Assembly (NCBI GenBank): GCA_965261395.1
Contig: OZ253462.1
Coordinates: forward strand, 4,224,001 to 4,288,000
Source of the DNA: Candidatus Latescibacterota bacterium
Lineage (GTDB): Bacteria > Latescibacterota > UBA2968 > UBA8231
Length of the DNA stretch: 64,000 nt
Reading direction: 5' to 3'
Below the pieces are notes generated by a model, which ran no database searches, had not been told where the DNA came from, and saw only the letters and a list, made by a program, of their open reading frames with translations. Positions 8,939-18,068 of this stretch are shown in pieces (position 1 is the stretch's first letter; each line of letters begins with the position of its first letter). A program made the position numbers and the translations under genes.

Positions 8939-9865
8939 TCAGTTGAATAGTGCGCTAATGGAGGTTTCTTCGTGGATAGCCCGGATGGCGCTGGCAAAGA
9001 GAGGAGCCACGGAGCACACCTGCGTCATGGGTGTGCGGGCATCCGCCGGCAAGGGAATCGTATCAGTAATGGCGAGGGCTTGGAGGCTGGATTGATCCAG
9101 CCTCCCTATTGTCTCTTTGGTTAGGGTACCGTGGACGCAACCAGCGTAGATTTTGCGCGCCCCGCGCTCTTTGACGGCGGCGGCTCCCTTGAGGATGGAA
9201 GTGCCGGTAATGATCGCGTCGTCGAAGAATACGACATCGCGGTCAGATACATCGCCAATGACCCGGTTTTCCCCGGCACCCTGATCAACGACGACGAGGG
9301 GCAACCCCAACCGCTGGGCATAGGTCTCGGTGACCTTGGCGCGGCTGATGTCTGGAGCGGCCGCGACTAAGTTGTCGAGGTCGAGGTCGGCGTAATAAGC
9401 GCATATTGCCGGGACGCCACTTAGTTGATCAACTAGGATCCGGCTAAAGCCCATAGTCTGCGGGCTGTGTAAGGTCATGGTGAGAATGCGATCCGCCCCG
9501 GCTTCGGCGATCAGATCTGCCACTAAGCGGCCGGCCACGGAAATCCTCGGCTCGTCCTTGCTGTCGGCCAGAGCATACGGATAGTACGGCAGGACGGCGG
9601 TGATGCGGCCAGCCGAGGCGTATTTTAGGGCGTCGAGAGCTATGAGCAGCTCCATCAAATAGTCGCTAACGGGCGGACACGAGGTTTGAATAAAGAACAC
9701 ATCACGACCTCGCACGTTTTCACAGATCTTTACCTTTATATTTTCGTTGCTAAAGTCGATAAACTCGATGCGCCCCGGCTCAATGCCCAGCGACTCGTAA
9801 ATGCCCTTAGCCAGTGCGGGATTGCTCCGCCCGGCGAAAACCTTGAGATCCGTACTCCCCATCAA
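8939..9865 (-). CDS. prs: Ribose-phosphate pyrophosphokinase paralog (divergent)
   Basis: RITAVLPYYPY, LHSPQ, DDAIITGTS, CVHG, ITDTIP; lacks the conserved Arg and the KxR loop. Confidence 0.85.
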   Translation of the reverse strand: MMGSTDLKVFAGRSNPALAKGIYESLGIEPGRIEFIDFSNENIKVKICENVRGRDVFFIQTSCPPVSDYLMELLIALDALKYASAGRITAVLPYYPYALADSKDEPRISVAGRLVADLIAEAGADRILTMTLHSPQTMGFSRILVDQLSGVPAICAYYADLDLDNLVAAAPDISRAKVTETYAQRLGLPLVVVDQGAGENRVIGDVSDRDVVFFDDAIITGTSILKGAAAVKERGARKIYAGCVHGTLTKETIGRLDQSSLQALAITDTIPLPADARTPMTQVCSVAPLFASAIRAIHEETSISALFN

Positions 9866-9873
9866 TAGACCCC

Positions 9874-10542
9874 TTAAAACATAGCGAGTGCAGCTCGGGC
9901 TTGAGCGGCAATCGGGTACTGAGAAAATGTGCGACTGACCTCTTCGAGTAGGGCCTGTTGCTTGTTGCTCTCGCCGGCCAAACCATATATGCGGGCTGCT
10001 TCCATCCGCGCCATGGCCTCGCGGATCGTCCCTGCCTGTTGGGCCGCATAGGCTTCGTAGTGCCCGGCCGCGGCCAAGAGCTGCCCTTCGGCTTCGAGAC
10101 AGGCACCAAGACCGCTCTGGGCCGCATAGGCCAAAACATCCAAAGGCTCGTAGTTGTCCAAATAGCTCTGGTAATAGCCCCGGGCCTCGGCGTAGCGGCC
10201 CTGCGCGTAATGGAGATTGGCCAAGAGCACGACCCCTTGGGCTGCGGCCGGAGTCCCGGCATAGGAGGACACCAGCTCTTCGGCCAAGCGGATCGCCTCG
10301 GTCGGCTCTCCGCCCTGCTCGACCATCAGCACATCGCCGAGTAGGGCCGCGGCTTTGAGCCTATTGGCCTCGTTGGACTCGATGAAATAATTGATGGCCA
10401 TAATGACCACTATCACTGCGACGACCCCACCGCCAAAGAGGTTGGCGCGCTCTTTGACGTACTCGACCGCCTGCATGATCCATTCGATGAACTCGTCTTC
10501 GCGGAGTTCACTCTTGCTCAGTTTACGGCGTTCACTCGACAT
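9874..10542 (-). CDS. Membrane-anchored TPR protein (YfgM-like)
   Basis: N-terminal ELREDEF, one TM helix, then TPR-like helices. Confidence 0.75.
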   Translation of the reverse strand: MSSERRKLSKSELREDEFIEWIMQAVEYVKERANLFGGGVVAVIVVIMAINYFIESNEANRLKAAALLGDVLMVEQGGEPTEAIRLAEELVSSYAGTPAAAQGVVLLANLHYAQGRYAEARGYYQSYLDNYEPLDVLAYAAQSGLGACLEAEGQLLAAAGHYEAYAAQQAGTIREAMARMEAARIYGLAGESNKQQALLEEVSRTFSQYPIAAQARAALAMF

Positions 10543-10578
10543 GAAGGTATGGTGTCTCCATGGTTTTGGGTTCTGGTT

Positions 10579-11091
10579 TCAATAGACGATAGCACTTTCC
10601 AATTTGTACCCGTGCAAGAGGTCGCGGCCCGACAGAAAGCTCAACTCGGCCAAAACGCTGATGCCCGCCACAACGGCCCCTAGTTTTTCGAGCACTTGAC
10701 ACGTCGCCGCCAAGGTCCCCCCGGTGGCCAAAACGTCATCCACGACCAATACCTTTTGCCCTGGTGCGATGGCATCGGTGTGTATTTCTAAAGCCGTTTC
10801 GCCGTATTCGAGCGCGAAAGCACGGCGCAGCGTGGCCGCCGGTAGCTTACCCGGCTTGCGCACCGGCACAAAACCGCATCCCAATTCGAGTGCTATGGGC
10901 GTCGCGAACACAAATCCACGGGCCTCTATGCCGGCGACGAGGTCCACTTCGGCGTCTGCAAAGGGCGCGAGCATGGCTTGGACCGCGGCTGATAAACCAG
11001 CGGGGTCTTTGAGCAGCGGCGTGATGTCTTTGTATAAGACACCGTCTTGCGGGAAGTTGGGAATTTCGCGGATTAGATCTTTTATATTCAT
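10579..11091 (-). CDS. apt: Adenine phosphoribosyltransferase
   Basis: GIEARGF, RKPGKLP, LEYG, VDDVLATGGT. Confidence 0.97.
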   Translation of the reverse strand: MNIKDLIREIPNFPQDGVLYKDITPLLKDPAGLSAAVQAMLAPFADAEVDLVAGIEARGFVFATPIALELGCGFVPVRKPGKLPAATLRRAFALEYGETALEIHTDAIAPGQKVLVVDDVLATGGTLAATCQVLEKLGAVVAGISVLAELSFLSGRDLLHGYKLESAIVY

Positions 11092-11117
11092 TTTACATAT
11101 TATATTTTATGAGTCTT
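11090..11117 (-). repeat. dif-like site 3 (11-6-11)
   Basis: Minus strand AAGACTCATAA-AATATA-ATATGTAAAAT; fills the whole gap between the small upstream gene's stop and the apt ATG. Confidence 0.72.
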
Positions 11118-11277
11118 AAAACAGCGCGTAGATAAAGGGAGCCACGGCTGATCCTTGGGTTGTGACAATTAGTAGCCCTAACAGAATCAAAGTAGCGAAT
11201 ATAGGCCCCAACCACCACTTTTTGCGGACCTTCATAAAATCCCATAACTCAGAGAAAATACTCAATTTACTTAGCAT
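11116..11277 (-). CDS. Small membrane protein, DUF5989-like (53 aa; not in ORF track)
   Basis: Hand translation MLSKLSIFSELWDFMKVRKKWWLGPIFATLILLGLLIVTTQGSAVAPFIYALF; RKKWWLxP and APFIYxLF signature. Confidence 0.88.
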   Translation of the reverse strand: MLSKLSIFSELWDFMKVRKKWWLGPIFATLILLGLLIVTTQGSAVAPFIYALF

Positions 11278-11280
11278 TAC

Positions 11281-12231
11281 CTAGCCCTCCCATTCAATCA
11301 AGCGGCTCACTGATTCTCCGTGGTGGATGGCTTTGATCGCATCCCCCAACAACCGGGCGACGCTCAAAACGGCGATTTTACGCCTCGGCTTGCCCTCTGG
11401 TAAGGGAATGGTATTCGTGGTGGCGAACACTTCCACTGAGGAGGCATCGATCCTCTCTAGGGCGTGCCCGGAAAAAACGCCGTGCGTACAGCCGGCCAAT
11501 ATTCGGCGTACGCCCCTTTCTTTGAGGACCTGCATCGACTCCATCATGGACCCCCCCGTCAGCACCTCGTCGTCGAAGAGCAAGGCGTCGCGGCCTTCGA
11601 CCTCGCCGATCATATTTTTAATCTCGGCCTTTTCGTCGTCTGCGTGGCGGCGTTTGTCCATAATGGCCAGCGGCAAACCGAGCCAGCGTGCGTACGCACT
11701 GGCTTCGTCGGCACTCCCCACGTCGGGCGACACTACTACGGCGTTGCTGAGGTCTTTCATCCGCATAAAATTGCACAGTAGGCTCGTAGCCCATAGCTGG
11801 TCAACTGGAATGCGTGAGAACGCCACGATTTGTGGGCTGTGTAAGGTAATAGTCAAGATCCGGTCGGCCCCGGCCGCTTGGAGTAAGTCGGCGACGAGAC
11901 GGGCACTAATAGAAATGCGGGGTTCGTCCTTTTTATCGGAGCGCACATAAGGATAATAGGGCAACACGGCCGTAATCCGGCGCGACGAAGCGTACTTGAG
12001 CGCGTCGATTAGCAACAGCAGTTCAACGAAGTGATGGTTGACCGGCGATGCTGACGTCTGGACGACGAAGACGTCGTCTTCGCGCACGTTCTCCTCAATT
12101 TTAACCTTTATATTGTCGTTGGGCTCGCGGACGATCTGGCGGCGAGTGGGCACGATGGCCAAGTAATCACATATCTCCTGGGCCAGTTCTGGATTGCTCG
12201 AACCCGACAATATTTTTAGGTGATTTTTCAT
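11281..12231 (-). CDS. prs: Ribose-phosphate pyrophosphokinase
   Basis: PYYPYVRSDKK, SPDVGS, DKRR, DDEVLTGGS, THGVFSG, TNTIP. Confidence 0.93.
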   Translation of the reverse strand: MKNHLKILSGSSNPELAQEICDYLAIVPTRRQIVREPNDNIKVKIEENVREDDVFVVQTSASPVNHHFVELLLLIDALKYASSRRITAVLPYYPYVRSDKKDEPRISISARLVADLLQAAGADRILTITLHSPQIVAFSRIPVDQLWATSLLCNFMRMKDLSNAVVVSPDVGSADEASAYARWLGLPLAIMDKRRHADDEKAEIKNMIGEVEGRDALLFDDEVLTGGSMMESMQVLKERGVRRILAGCTHGVFSGHALERIDASSVEVFATTNTIPLPEGKPRRKIAVLSVARLLGDAIKAIHHGESVSRLIEWEG

Positions 12232-12288
12232 GCTCTAATCCCAATTGTAACATTAAAGATCGGCCCAAACTAAGGCAAGAGGACCGCC

Positions 12289-12317
12289 TTGACAGCCTGT
12301 TGGTCCAAAACTAACTT
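12289..12317 (+). promoter_or_regulatory. Sigma70-type promoter for the TA pair
   Basis: TTGACA-N17-TAACTT. Confidence 0.5.
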
Positions 12318-12388
12318 GGCAATTTTACGCCCGCTTGCTAGGCGAAATATCCTTCTCGCCTCCGTAGGCGGTGCAAGGAAAGGGGCTT

Positions 12389-12646
12389 ATGGCACGCGTA
12401 AATATCATGCTACCGGACGATCTGCTCGAACGCATCGATCAAGTTGCGCAGCAGGAGGGTGTAAGCCGCAGCAAACTCCTGCGCTTGGCCTTTATGGCCT
12501 ACTGCCAACAAAGGGAAGCAACATACGAGTACCAGCGGAAACAGGCGGCTATCGAACACGGAATGACGCTCCAAGACAGTCTGCGCAAAAAGGCTCTGCC
12601 TTGGGATCCGCTCAAGATACTGCGCGCGGAACGGCAAGCGCGGTGA
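12389..12646 (+). CDS. Ribbon-helix-helix (CopG-like) antitoxin
   Basis: MARVNIMLPDDLLERIDQVAQQEGVSRSKLLR; its stop overlaps the next start (GTGA). Confidence 0.85.
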   Translation: MARVNIMLPDDLLERIDQVAQQEGVSRSKLLRLAFMAYCQQREATYEYQRKQAAIEHGMTLQDSLRKKALPWDPLKILRAERQAR

Positions 12647-13071
12647 TACGCTACGCGCTAGATACCTCCGTTATGCTGAGGTGGTTTTCTCCAGTACACG
12701 ATGTGGACACCCACAAGGCCCTTGGACTTCGCCAAGAGCAGCTAGCGGAAAGGGTCGAGCTAACCGTGCTCGACCAATCTATATACGAGCTAGCCCATGT
12801 CCTCAAGGAAAGCCAACAATTCGATCGGACCCATATAGACGACGCGTTGGCCAGCTTGGAGTACATGCACTTAGATATCGTGTCCTACAACCCCGAAATT
12901 ACCCGCAAAGCCACGCAAATCGCCTTTGAGCATTCCATTAGCATGTACGCCGCCGGCTTCATTGCCTTAGGTGCCCATCTCCGCTGCCAAGCCGTGACCA
13001 GCGACAGCGACCTGTACCGCAAAGTCGCTTCCCTGCCTTGGACCGTGCTTTTGGCAGACTTGAACTTCTGA
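12643..13071 (+). CDS. PIN-domain VapC-like toxin
   Basis: ALDTSVMLRWF, IYELAHVL, ISMYAAGFIAL, VTSD. Confidence 0.85.
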   Translation: MIRYALDTSVMLRWFSPVHDVDTHKALGLRQEQLAERVELTVLDQSIYELAHVLKESQQFDRTHIDDALASLEYMHLDIVSYNPEITRKATQIAFEHSISMYAAGFIALGAHLRCQAVTSDSDLYRKVASLPWTVLLADLNF

Positions 13072-13081
13072 TCCCTCCCCC

Positions 13082-14269
13082 TCAGACCTCCGCAAGCGCT
13101 TTCTCTATATCGCCGATTAGCTCAGCGGCATCCTCAATGCCCACTGCATAGCGCACCAATTGGTCGGTGATGCCGATGGCCAGCCGCTCCTTCCGGCTCA
13201 AATCGTAATAGGAAACGGTCGCCGGATGCGAGACCAGCGTCTCCACCCCCCCCAAGCTCGGCGCGATATAAGGCACGGCTAGACGATGGACAAAATTCCG
13301 CGTCTGCTCGAGGGTGCCGTCGATCTCAAAGCTGATCAGCCCACCAAAACCGCGCATTTGCTCTTTGGCGACGCGGTGATCGACGTGGCTTTCGAGGCCT
13401 GGATAAAAGACTTGGCGAATCTTGGGATGATCAGCCAAGAACTGGGCCACCGTCATGGCTGTATCGTTTTGCCGCAGAACGCGTAATGCGAGCGTCTTTA
13501 TTCCCCGGATCAATAAATACGAAGTGTTGGGGTCAACGATACTGCCGGTGATTCGTTGGTATTCGCCGATGGCCTCGACTAAAGGAGCCTTGCCGCAGAC
13601 GACACCCGCCATCAGGTCGTTGTGCCCACCGAGGTATTTGGTGGCACTGTGGATGACCAGATCAACCCCGAAATCGAGCGGCCTTTGATTAACCGGCGTG
13701 GCCAAGGTGCTGTCGATGATAACCTTGAGACGCCGCTGTTTGGCAAAAGCGACGAGTTGTTCCAAGTCGAGGACATGCAGGTGGGGGTTGGTCGGGGACT
13801 CGGTAAAGATCAAGCGGGTCTCCGGGCGCACCGCAGCCGCCAACGCATCCATATCACCAGGTTTAACTATAGTAGATTCAACGCCGAATTTGGCCAAAAC
13901 TTCGCAGAACTTGGCCGTCATGCGGTAGCAATCTTCCATGAGCACCAAGTGTTGCCCACTGCGCAGCATTGCATAGAGCACCGAGGTGATCGCGCTCATG
14001 CCCGACGAAAAGAGCAAGGCGGCTTCGGCGTTTTCCAAGGCGGCTATTCTGCGCTCGGCTGCCCGCTGGGTCGGATTGCCATAGCGCCCGTATTCATAGA
14101 GCGACTTTTCTCCCGCCTTAAAGGCGGCAAATTCATCTAGATCGGCAAAGGTATAGGTGGCCGTCTGGGCAATCGGATCGATGAGGGACTGGGCAAACTT
14201 ATCTCGTTCCACTCCCCCGTGGACGGAACGGGTCGATTCTCCTACAAAACCATCGTCGGTGCGGTTCAT
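13082..14269 (-). CDS. metB: Cystathionine gamma-synthase family PLP enzyme
   Basis: YGRYGNPT, SSGMSA, ESPTNP, HSATKYLGGHNDL, PSLGGVETL. Confidence 0.85.
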   Translation of the reverse strand: MNRTDDGFVGESTRSVHGGVERDKFAQSLIDPIAQTATYTFADLDEFAAFKAGEKSLYEYGRYGNPTQRAAERRIAALENAEAALLFSSGMSAITSVLYAMLRSGQHLVLMEDCYRMTAKFCEVLAKFGVESTIVKPGDMDALAAAVRPETRLIFTESPTNPHLHVLDLEQLVAFAKQRRLKVIIDSTLATPVNQRPLDFGVDLVIHSATKYLGGHNDLMAGVVCGKAPLVEAIGEYQRITGSIVDPNTSYLLIRGIKTLALRVLRQNDTAMTVAQFLADHPKIRQVFYPGLESHVDHRVAKEQMRGFGGLISFEIDGTLEQTRNFVHRLAVPYIAPSLGGVETLVSHPATVSYYDLSRKERLAIGITDQLVRYAVGIEDAAELIGDIEKALAEV

Positions 14270-14282
14270 TGTGTTTGCTCTT

Positions 14283-15647
14283 TCAGTGGCGGGCAGTAGC
14301 CAGCGTCCGCTGCTCTACGGCCTCGAGGACGGCCCGATGCACGGCTTCGTATTCAGCCTCGACCTCAATGGGCAGATTGCGATGCTGTGGCTCGACGTGG
14401 AACTCTCGCAATTGGTCTTCGTGGTATTTCACTTTGAAATCCGGAAACTTCAGCCCATGCGCCGTAGATATTACGATCACCCGGCTCTTGGGGTCGATAT
14501 GCCCGGCGGCGATCATTTTGCTCAGTGCTGCTAAGGCGACGCCTGTGTGCGGACAAGTAAACAGCCCATTGCGATCGGCCCTTGCACAGGCATTGGCCAA
14601 TTCGTCTTCCGTAGCCTCTTCGACGATGCCGTCGAAGTGCTGCAAGGTGCGAATGGCCCGTTTCCTGCTTACGGGATTGCCGATCTTGATGGCACTGGCC
14701 AAGGTGTCGCGGGCCGTTTGCGGCTCAAAGGTGCGGAACCCGTCGAGATAACTGCGATAGAGCGGATTGGCCTGGGCTGCTTGGGCGACGGCAAGGCGCG
14801 GCAGCTTGTCTATAAGCCCCATTTTCAAGCCCTCGATAAACCCCTTCCCCAAGGCACTGACGTTGCCTAGGTTGCCGCCCGGGATAATGACCCAGTCGGG
14901 AACCTCCCAGTGAAATTGCTGTAACAGCTCAATCGCGATGGTCTTCTGACCTTCAATGCGGAGCGAATTCATCGAGTTGGCCAGATAGATGTGGTCGCGG
15001 CGGCAGATTTCCTGCACCAAGGCCATGCACCCGTCGAAATCGGTACGCAGGGCGAGCGTCAGCGCGCCGTTGGCTATGGGCTGGATGAGCTGGGCGGTGG
15101 AGATCATATTTTTAGGCAATAACACAATCGCCGGAATGCCGGCGGCGGCGCAATACGCAGCCAACGCCGCCGAAGTGTCCCCGGTTGAGGCGCAGGCTAC
15201 CGCGGGTATAAACTGGCCCTCGGCAATCATCTGGTTGACCATGGAAACCAATACGGTCATGCCCAGGTCCTTAAACGAACCCGTATGGCTATTGCCGCAC
15301 TGTTTGATCCACAGATCCTCTATGCCCAGTTCAGCACCCAAGCGCTCGGCCCACAGCAAATTGCTCCCCCCCTCGTACATGGAGACCACGTTCTCGTCTT
15401 CGACGAGGGGGCAAACTATCTCTTTCTTGCCCCAGACCGAACTCCCATATGGATGCACCGAACTCATGTAGCGCTGATCAAAGAGCGCTCGCCACTCGCC
15501 GCCCGAGCGCCGCTGTAAGGGTTCCATATCGTGGTGTACTTCGAGCAGCCCCCCACACTTTTGACAGTGATAGACTATCTCGTTTAGCGGATAGCGCTCG
15601 TCGTCGCAATTGATGCACTGGAACCAGGCATTATAGGAATAGGGCAT
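14283..15647 (-). CDS. thrC: Threonine synthase (plant-like type)
   Basis: [64 protein letters not shown]. Confidence 0.95.
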   Translation of the reverse strand: MPYSYNAWFQCINCDDERYPLNEIVYHCQKCGGLLEVHHDMEPLQRRSGGEWRALFDQRYMSSVHPYGSSVWGKKEIVCPLVEDENVVSMYEGGSNLLWAERLGAELGIEDLWIKQCGNSHTGSFKDLGMTVLVSMVNQMIAEGQFIPAVACASTGDTSAALAAYCAAAGIPAIVLLPKNMISTAQLIQPIANGALTLALRTDFDGCMALVQEICRRDHIYLANSMNSLRIEGQKTIAIELLQQFHWEVPDWVIIPGGNLGNVSALGKGFIEGLKMGLIDKLPRLAVAQAAQANPLYRSYLDGFRTFEPQTARDTLASAIKIGNPVSRKRAIRTLQHFDGIVEEATEDELANACARADRNGLFTCPHTGVALAALSKMIAAGHIDPKSRVIVISTAHGLKFPDFKVKYHEDQLREFHVEPQHRNLPIEVEAEYEAVHRAVLEAVEQRTLATARH

Positions 15648-15682
15648 ACCAACTCGCTCTGTTGGGGTGAATCAGGGCTTGT

Positions 15683-16156
15683 TCAGCCAAAAAGGGCATC
15701 TATTTGGTCCTCGTTTTTTGACTCTTCTTCATCGTTCGTCGGTTGTCTTGCGTCCTCCCGCTCGTCGTCGAGCACGTCCTCAGTATTTTTCTCGGTGTCG
15801 GCGCTAGCGTCGTTCTGCTCCTCGGGCGCGACGATTTCCCCCACAACTTCCGCGTCGCGCTCTGCTGTGGGAAAACCCTCGCCTTCGATCTCTCGCTGTA
15901 GCAGTGCCTGGGCTAGCCCGGCAAAATTTTCTTGGACATCCTTGCCTGCAGCGAGTGCTTGGGCATTTTGGCGCACGAATTCGACGACGTGATCCATCCC
16001 AGGAAAGGCATCGTCAAAAACCGTCAGATAAGCTCTGATCTTCTCATCCTGTATCTGGCTTTTGACGTACTCAAGCCACGAATTTCCGAACAGTTTGGCC
16101 AGCGACTCCAAGGCTTCGAGCCGCTCGGCCACATCGCGCAAGTCGTCCGCGTTCAT
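15683..16156 (-). CDS. Hypothetical helical protein with acidic tail ending EDQIDALFG
   Basis: ATG at 16156 with GAGG/AAGG upstream; co-oriented with neighbours. Confidence 0.65.
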   Translation of the reverse strand: MNADDLRDVAERLEALESLAKLFGNSWLEYVKSQIQDEKIRAYLTVFDDAFPGMDHVVEFVRQNAQALAAGKDVQENFAGLAQALLQREIEGEGFPTAERDAEVVGEIVAPEEQNDASADTEKNTEDVLDDEREDARQPTNDEEESKNEDQIDALFG

Positions 16157-16320
16157 CCTTGCTGCCTCTGGAGGTATTGAACATTCAAAAAAATACAACG
16201 AACGTGGAACCCCGCTCTTCTCGGGGCGTTTAATCTATGCGAGCCATTCCAGTCATGGTTCGTATCCCTCCCGGCGGTCAGGTGCATCCAAGGATGCCCT
16301 GGCCGCTACTTTTTTATTTT
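16154..16320 (+). ncRNA. Candidate structured ncRNA, 6S-like
   Basis: Long-range pairings (GCTGCC/GGCGGT, GGAGG/CCTCC, TGAAC/GTTCG) enclose an A-rich bubble; apical CCCCG/CGGGG stem; terminator-like hairpin plus T-run at 16276-16320. Confidence 0.35.
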
Positions 16321-17322
16321 TTAGTTCAATCTCTGCACTACGATGTACCCCATGGGTAATTCCACGACTGGGCTCAGTTCCCCAACCTTCAGTTTCACTA
16401 CTACTTCCTCAATTTCGGGCATGAGTTCACCTGGGCCAAAAAACCCCAAATCCCCGCCTTGCTTGGCGTTGGGCGCTATGGAAAGCTGCTGTGCTAGCTG
16501 GAAGAAATCGGCTCCTTGGGCCATTTTTTCGAGAACTTTGAGTGCAGACGCTTCTGTTTCGACTAATATGTAGCGAGCCCGCATCTCACCGGCCATAATC
16601 GCCTGCACCTCTTCGATTTTGGCCGAGATCGCCTGGGCTAAGTAGGGATCCTGCGCCCGACCTTTAGCCAATTTGTAGTAATCGAGCGCTTCGGGATAGC
16701 GCCCGGCTCCGGCGAGGAGGAACGCAATATTGTTGTAGGCCTCGATATTCTCCGGCGATAACTCCGCTAGTTTTTGATAGTATTCAATGGCTCGATCAAC
16801 TGAGTCCTGTTGCGCGTAGTAATATCCATATAGGCGATAAGCTTCCGAGTTTTTGTCGTCCAAAGCCAAGGCTCGGTCGAGCTGTTCACGCGCCCGTTCG
16901 ATCTGCCCGGACTGCATATACAAAAAACCGAGGGCATTGTACACGGCCGCTGAGGAGGGGTTCAAAATCCGTGCCTGTTTCACATAAAAAAGGGCCGAAT
17001 CGACCTGACCTAGGGAAAGAAACGCCTTGCCGAGTTCTCTATATACGAGTGATTGCCTAGGGTCTTCAGCGAGCGATTGTTGCAGCGATTCAGCCGCCTG
17101 TTCATAGCCGCCGGTCTGCATATAGAGGCTGGCCAAGCGATTGAGAAACATCGCGCTGCCAGCACCCAGTTCGCGGGCCTTTTCGTATTCAGCTAACGCC
17201 AGCGTAGGCTGCCCTTGCTCCAATAGGGCATCTCCGCGCTGGACCGCCTCGACGATGTTTTGGCCGCTCGCCGGAATTGCTACTATCCCTATTACAGCGG
17301 CGATCAGTCCTATAAACCTCAT
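16321..17322 (-). CDS. Secreted TPR-repeat protein with C-terminal PpiC (parvulin) domain
   Basis: Signal peptide, TPR repeats, ARYILV..GADFFQLAQQLS..GGDLGFF. Confidence 0.88.
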   Translation of the reverse strand: MRFIGLIAAVIGIVAIPASGQNIVEAVQRGDALLEQGQPTLALAEYEKARELGAGSAMFLNRLASLYMQTGGYEQAAESLQQSLAEDPRQSLVYRELGKAFLSLGQVDSALFYVKQARILNPSSAAVYNALGFLYMQSGQIERAREQLDRALALDDKNSEAYRLYGYYYAQQDSVDRAIEYYQKLAELSPENIEAYNNIAFLLAGAGRYPEALDYYKLAKGRAQDPYLAQAISAKIEEVQAIMAGEMRARYILVETEASALKVLEKMAQGADFFQLAQQLSIAPNAKQGGDLGFFGPGELMPEIEEVVVKLKVGELSPVVELPMGYIVVQRLN

Positions 17323-17345
17323 ACTCCCTCACATCGCGTACTGAG

Positions 17346-18068
17346 CTAGCGCAGTTGGCGCAGGACTTCCGCGGTAATCCGTTCGACTAGATCGCTTTCT
17401 CCGACCGGCTCACAGGACGGTCGATCCTCAATTCCAAAGCGCTTCCTCAGATTCGTGAGATCTTCCACATCTTTACCCCCGAGTGTGCGTATCCCGCCGA
17501 GTTGGTGCGCCACCAAGGCGATTTGGGCAAAGTGTTCGACGGTCTCCATCTTGAAATGGGCGTCCATGACGTTTTGGCCCACGGTTACTACCCCGTGATT
17601 GGCCATTAGAACGGCGTCGTATTGCCGCAAAAGCGGTTTCATCGGCTCGACGATATCAGGGCCGCCAGGCGTGCCGTAGTCCGCTAGTGGAATACCCCCG
17701 AGGCTGACGATGACTTCGGGCAATACGCACTGAGTCAGCTCAATGCCAGCGACGGCAAAACCGGTCGCGGTCGGCGGATGCGCATGGACGACTGCGCGGA
17801 CATCAGGCCGCAACTTGTAGATTTCGAGGTGCATGCGGATTTCCGACGATATTTTCATCGCGCCCGCTACTTGCCGGCCCTCCATATCGCAGGTGGCCAG
17901 CATGTCTGCGCTCAGATAGCCCTTGCTCACCCCGGTCGGCGTACACAACACTAGGTGGTCCTCTATACGGACGCTAATATTGCCGTCATTGGCCGCTACG
18001 TACCCTCGTTGATAGACTCTGTGCCCTACTTCGCATATCTCTTTTTTTATCGCATACGCCGAATTCAT
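17346..18068 (-). CDS. Class II aldolase (fuculose/rhamnulose-phosphate aldolase-like) with BMC encapsulation peptide
   Basis: DGNIS, PTGVSKG, SSEIRMH, VHAHPP, NHG; C-terminal DLVERITAEVLRQL. Confidence 0.9.
   Translation of the reverse strand: MNSAYAIKKEICEVGHRVYQRGYVAANDGNISVRIEDHLVLCTPTGVSKGYLSADMLATCDMEGRQVAGAMKISSEIRMHLEIYKLRPDVRAVVHAHPPTATGFAVAGIELTQCVLPEVIVSLGGIPLADYGTPGGPDIVEPMKPLLRQYDAVLMANHGVVTVGQNVMDAHFKMETVEHFAQIALVAHQLGGIRTLGGKDVEDLTNLRKRFGIEDRPSCEPVGESDLVERITAEVLRQLR

Noticed and set aside
12289-12642. N-terminal extension of the 260-aa PIN ORF
   Set aside because: Overlaps the RHH antitoxin gene; the real start is GTG at 12643 in a GTGA overlap.
16200-16320. SAM-I, TPP or ZTP riboswitch upstream of thrC-metB
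   Set aside because: Core consensus elements are absent; kept only as a generic or 6S-like candidate.
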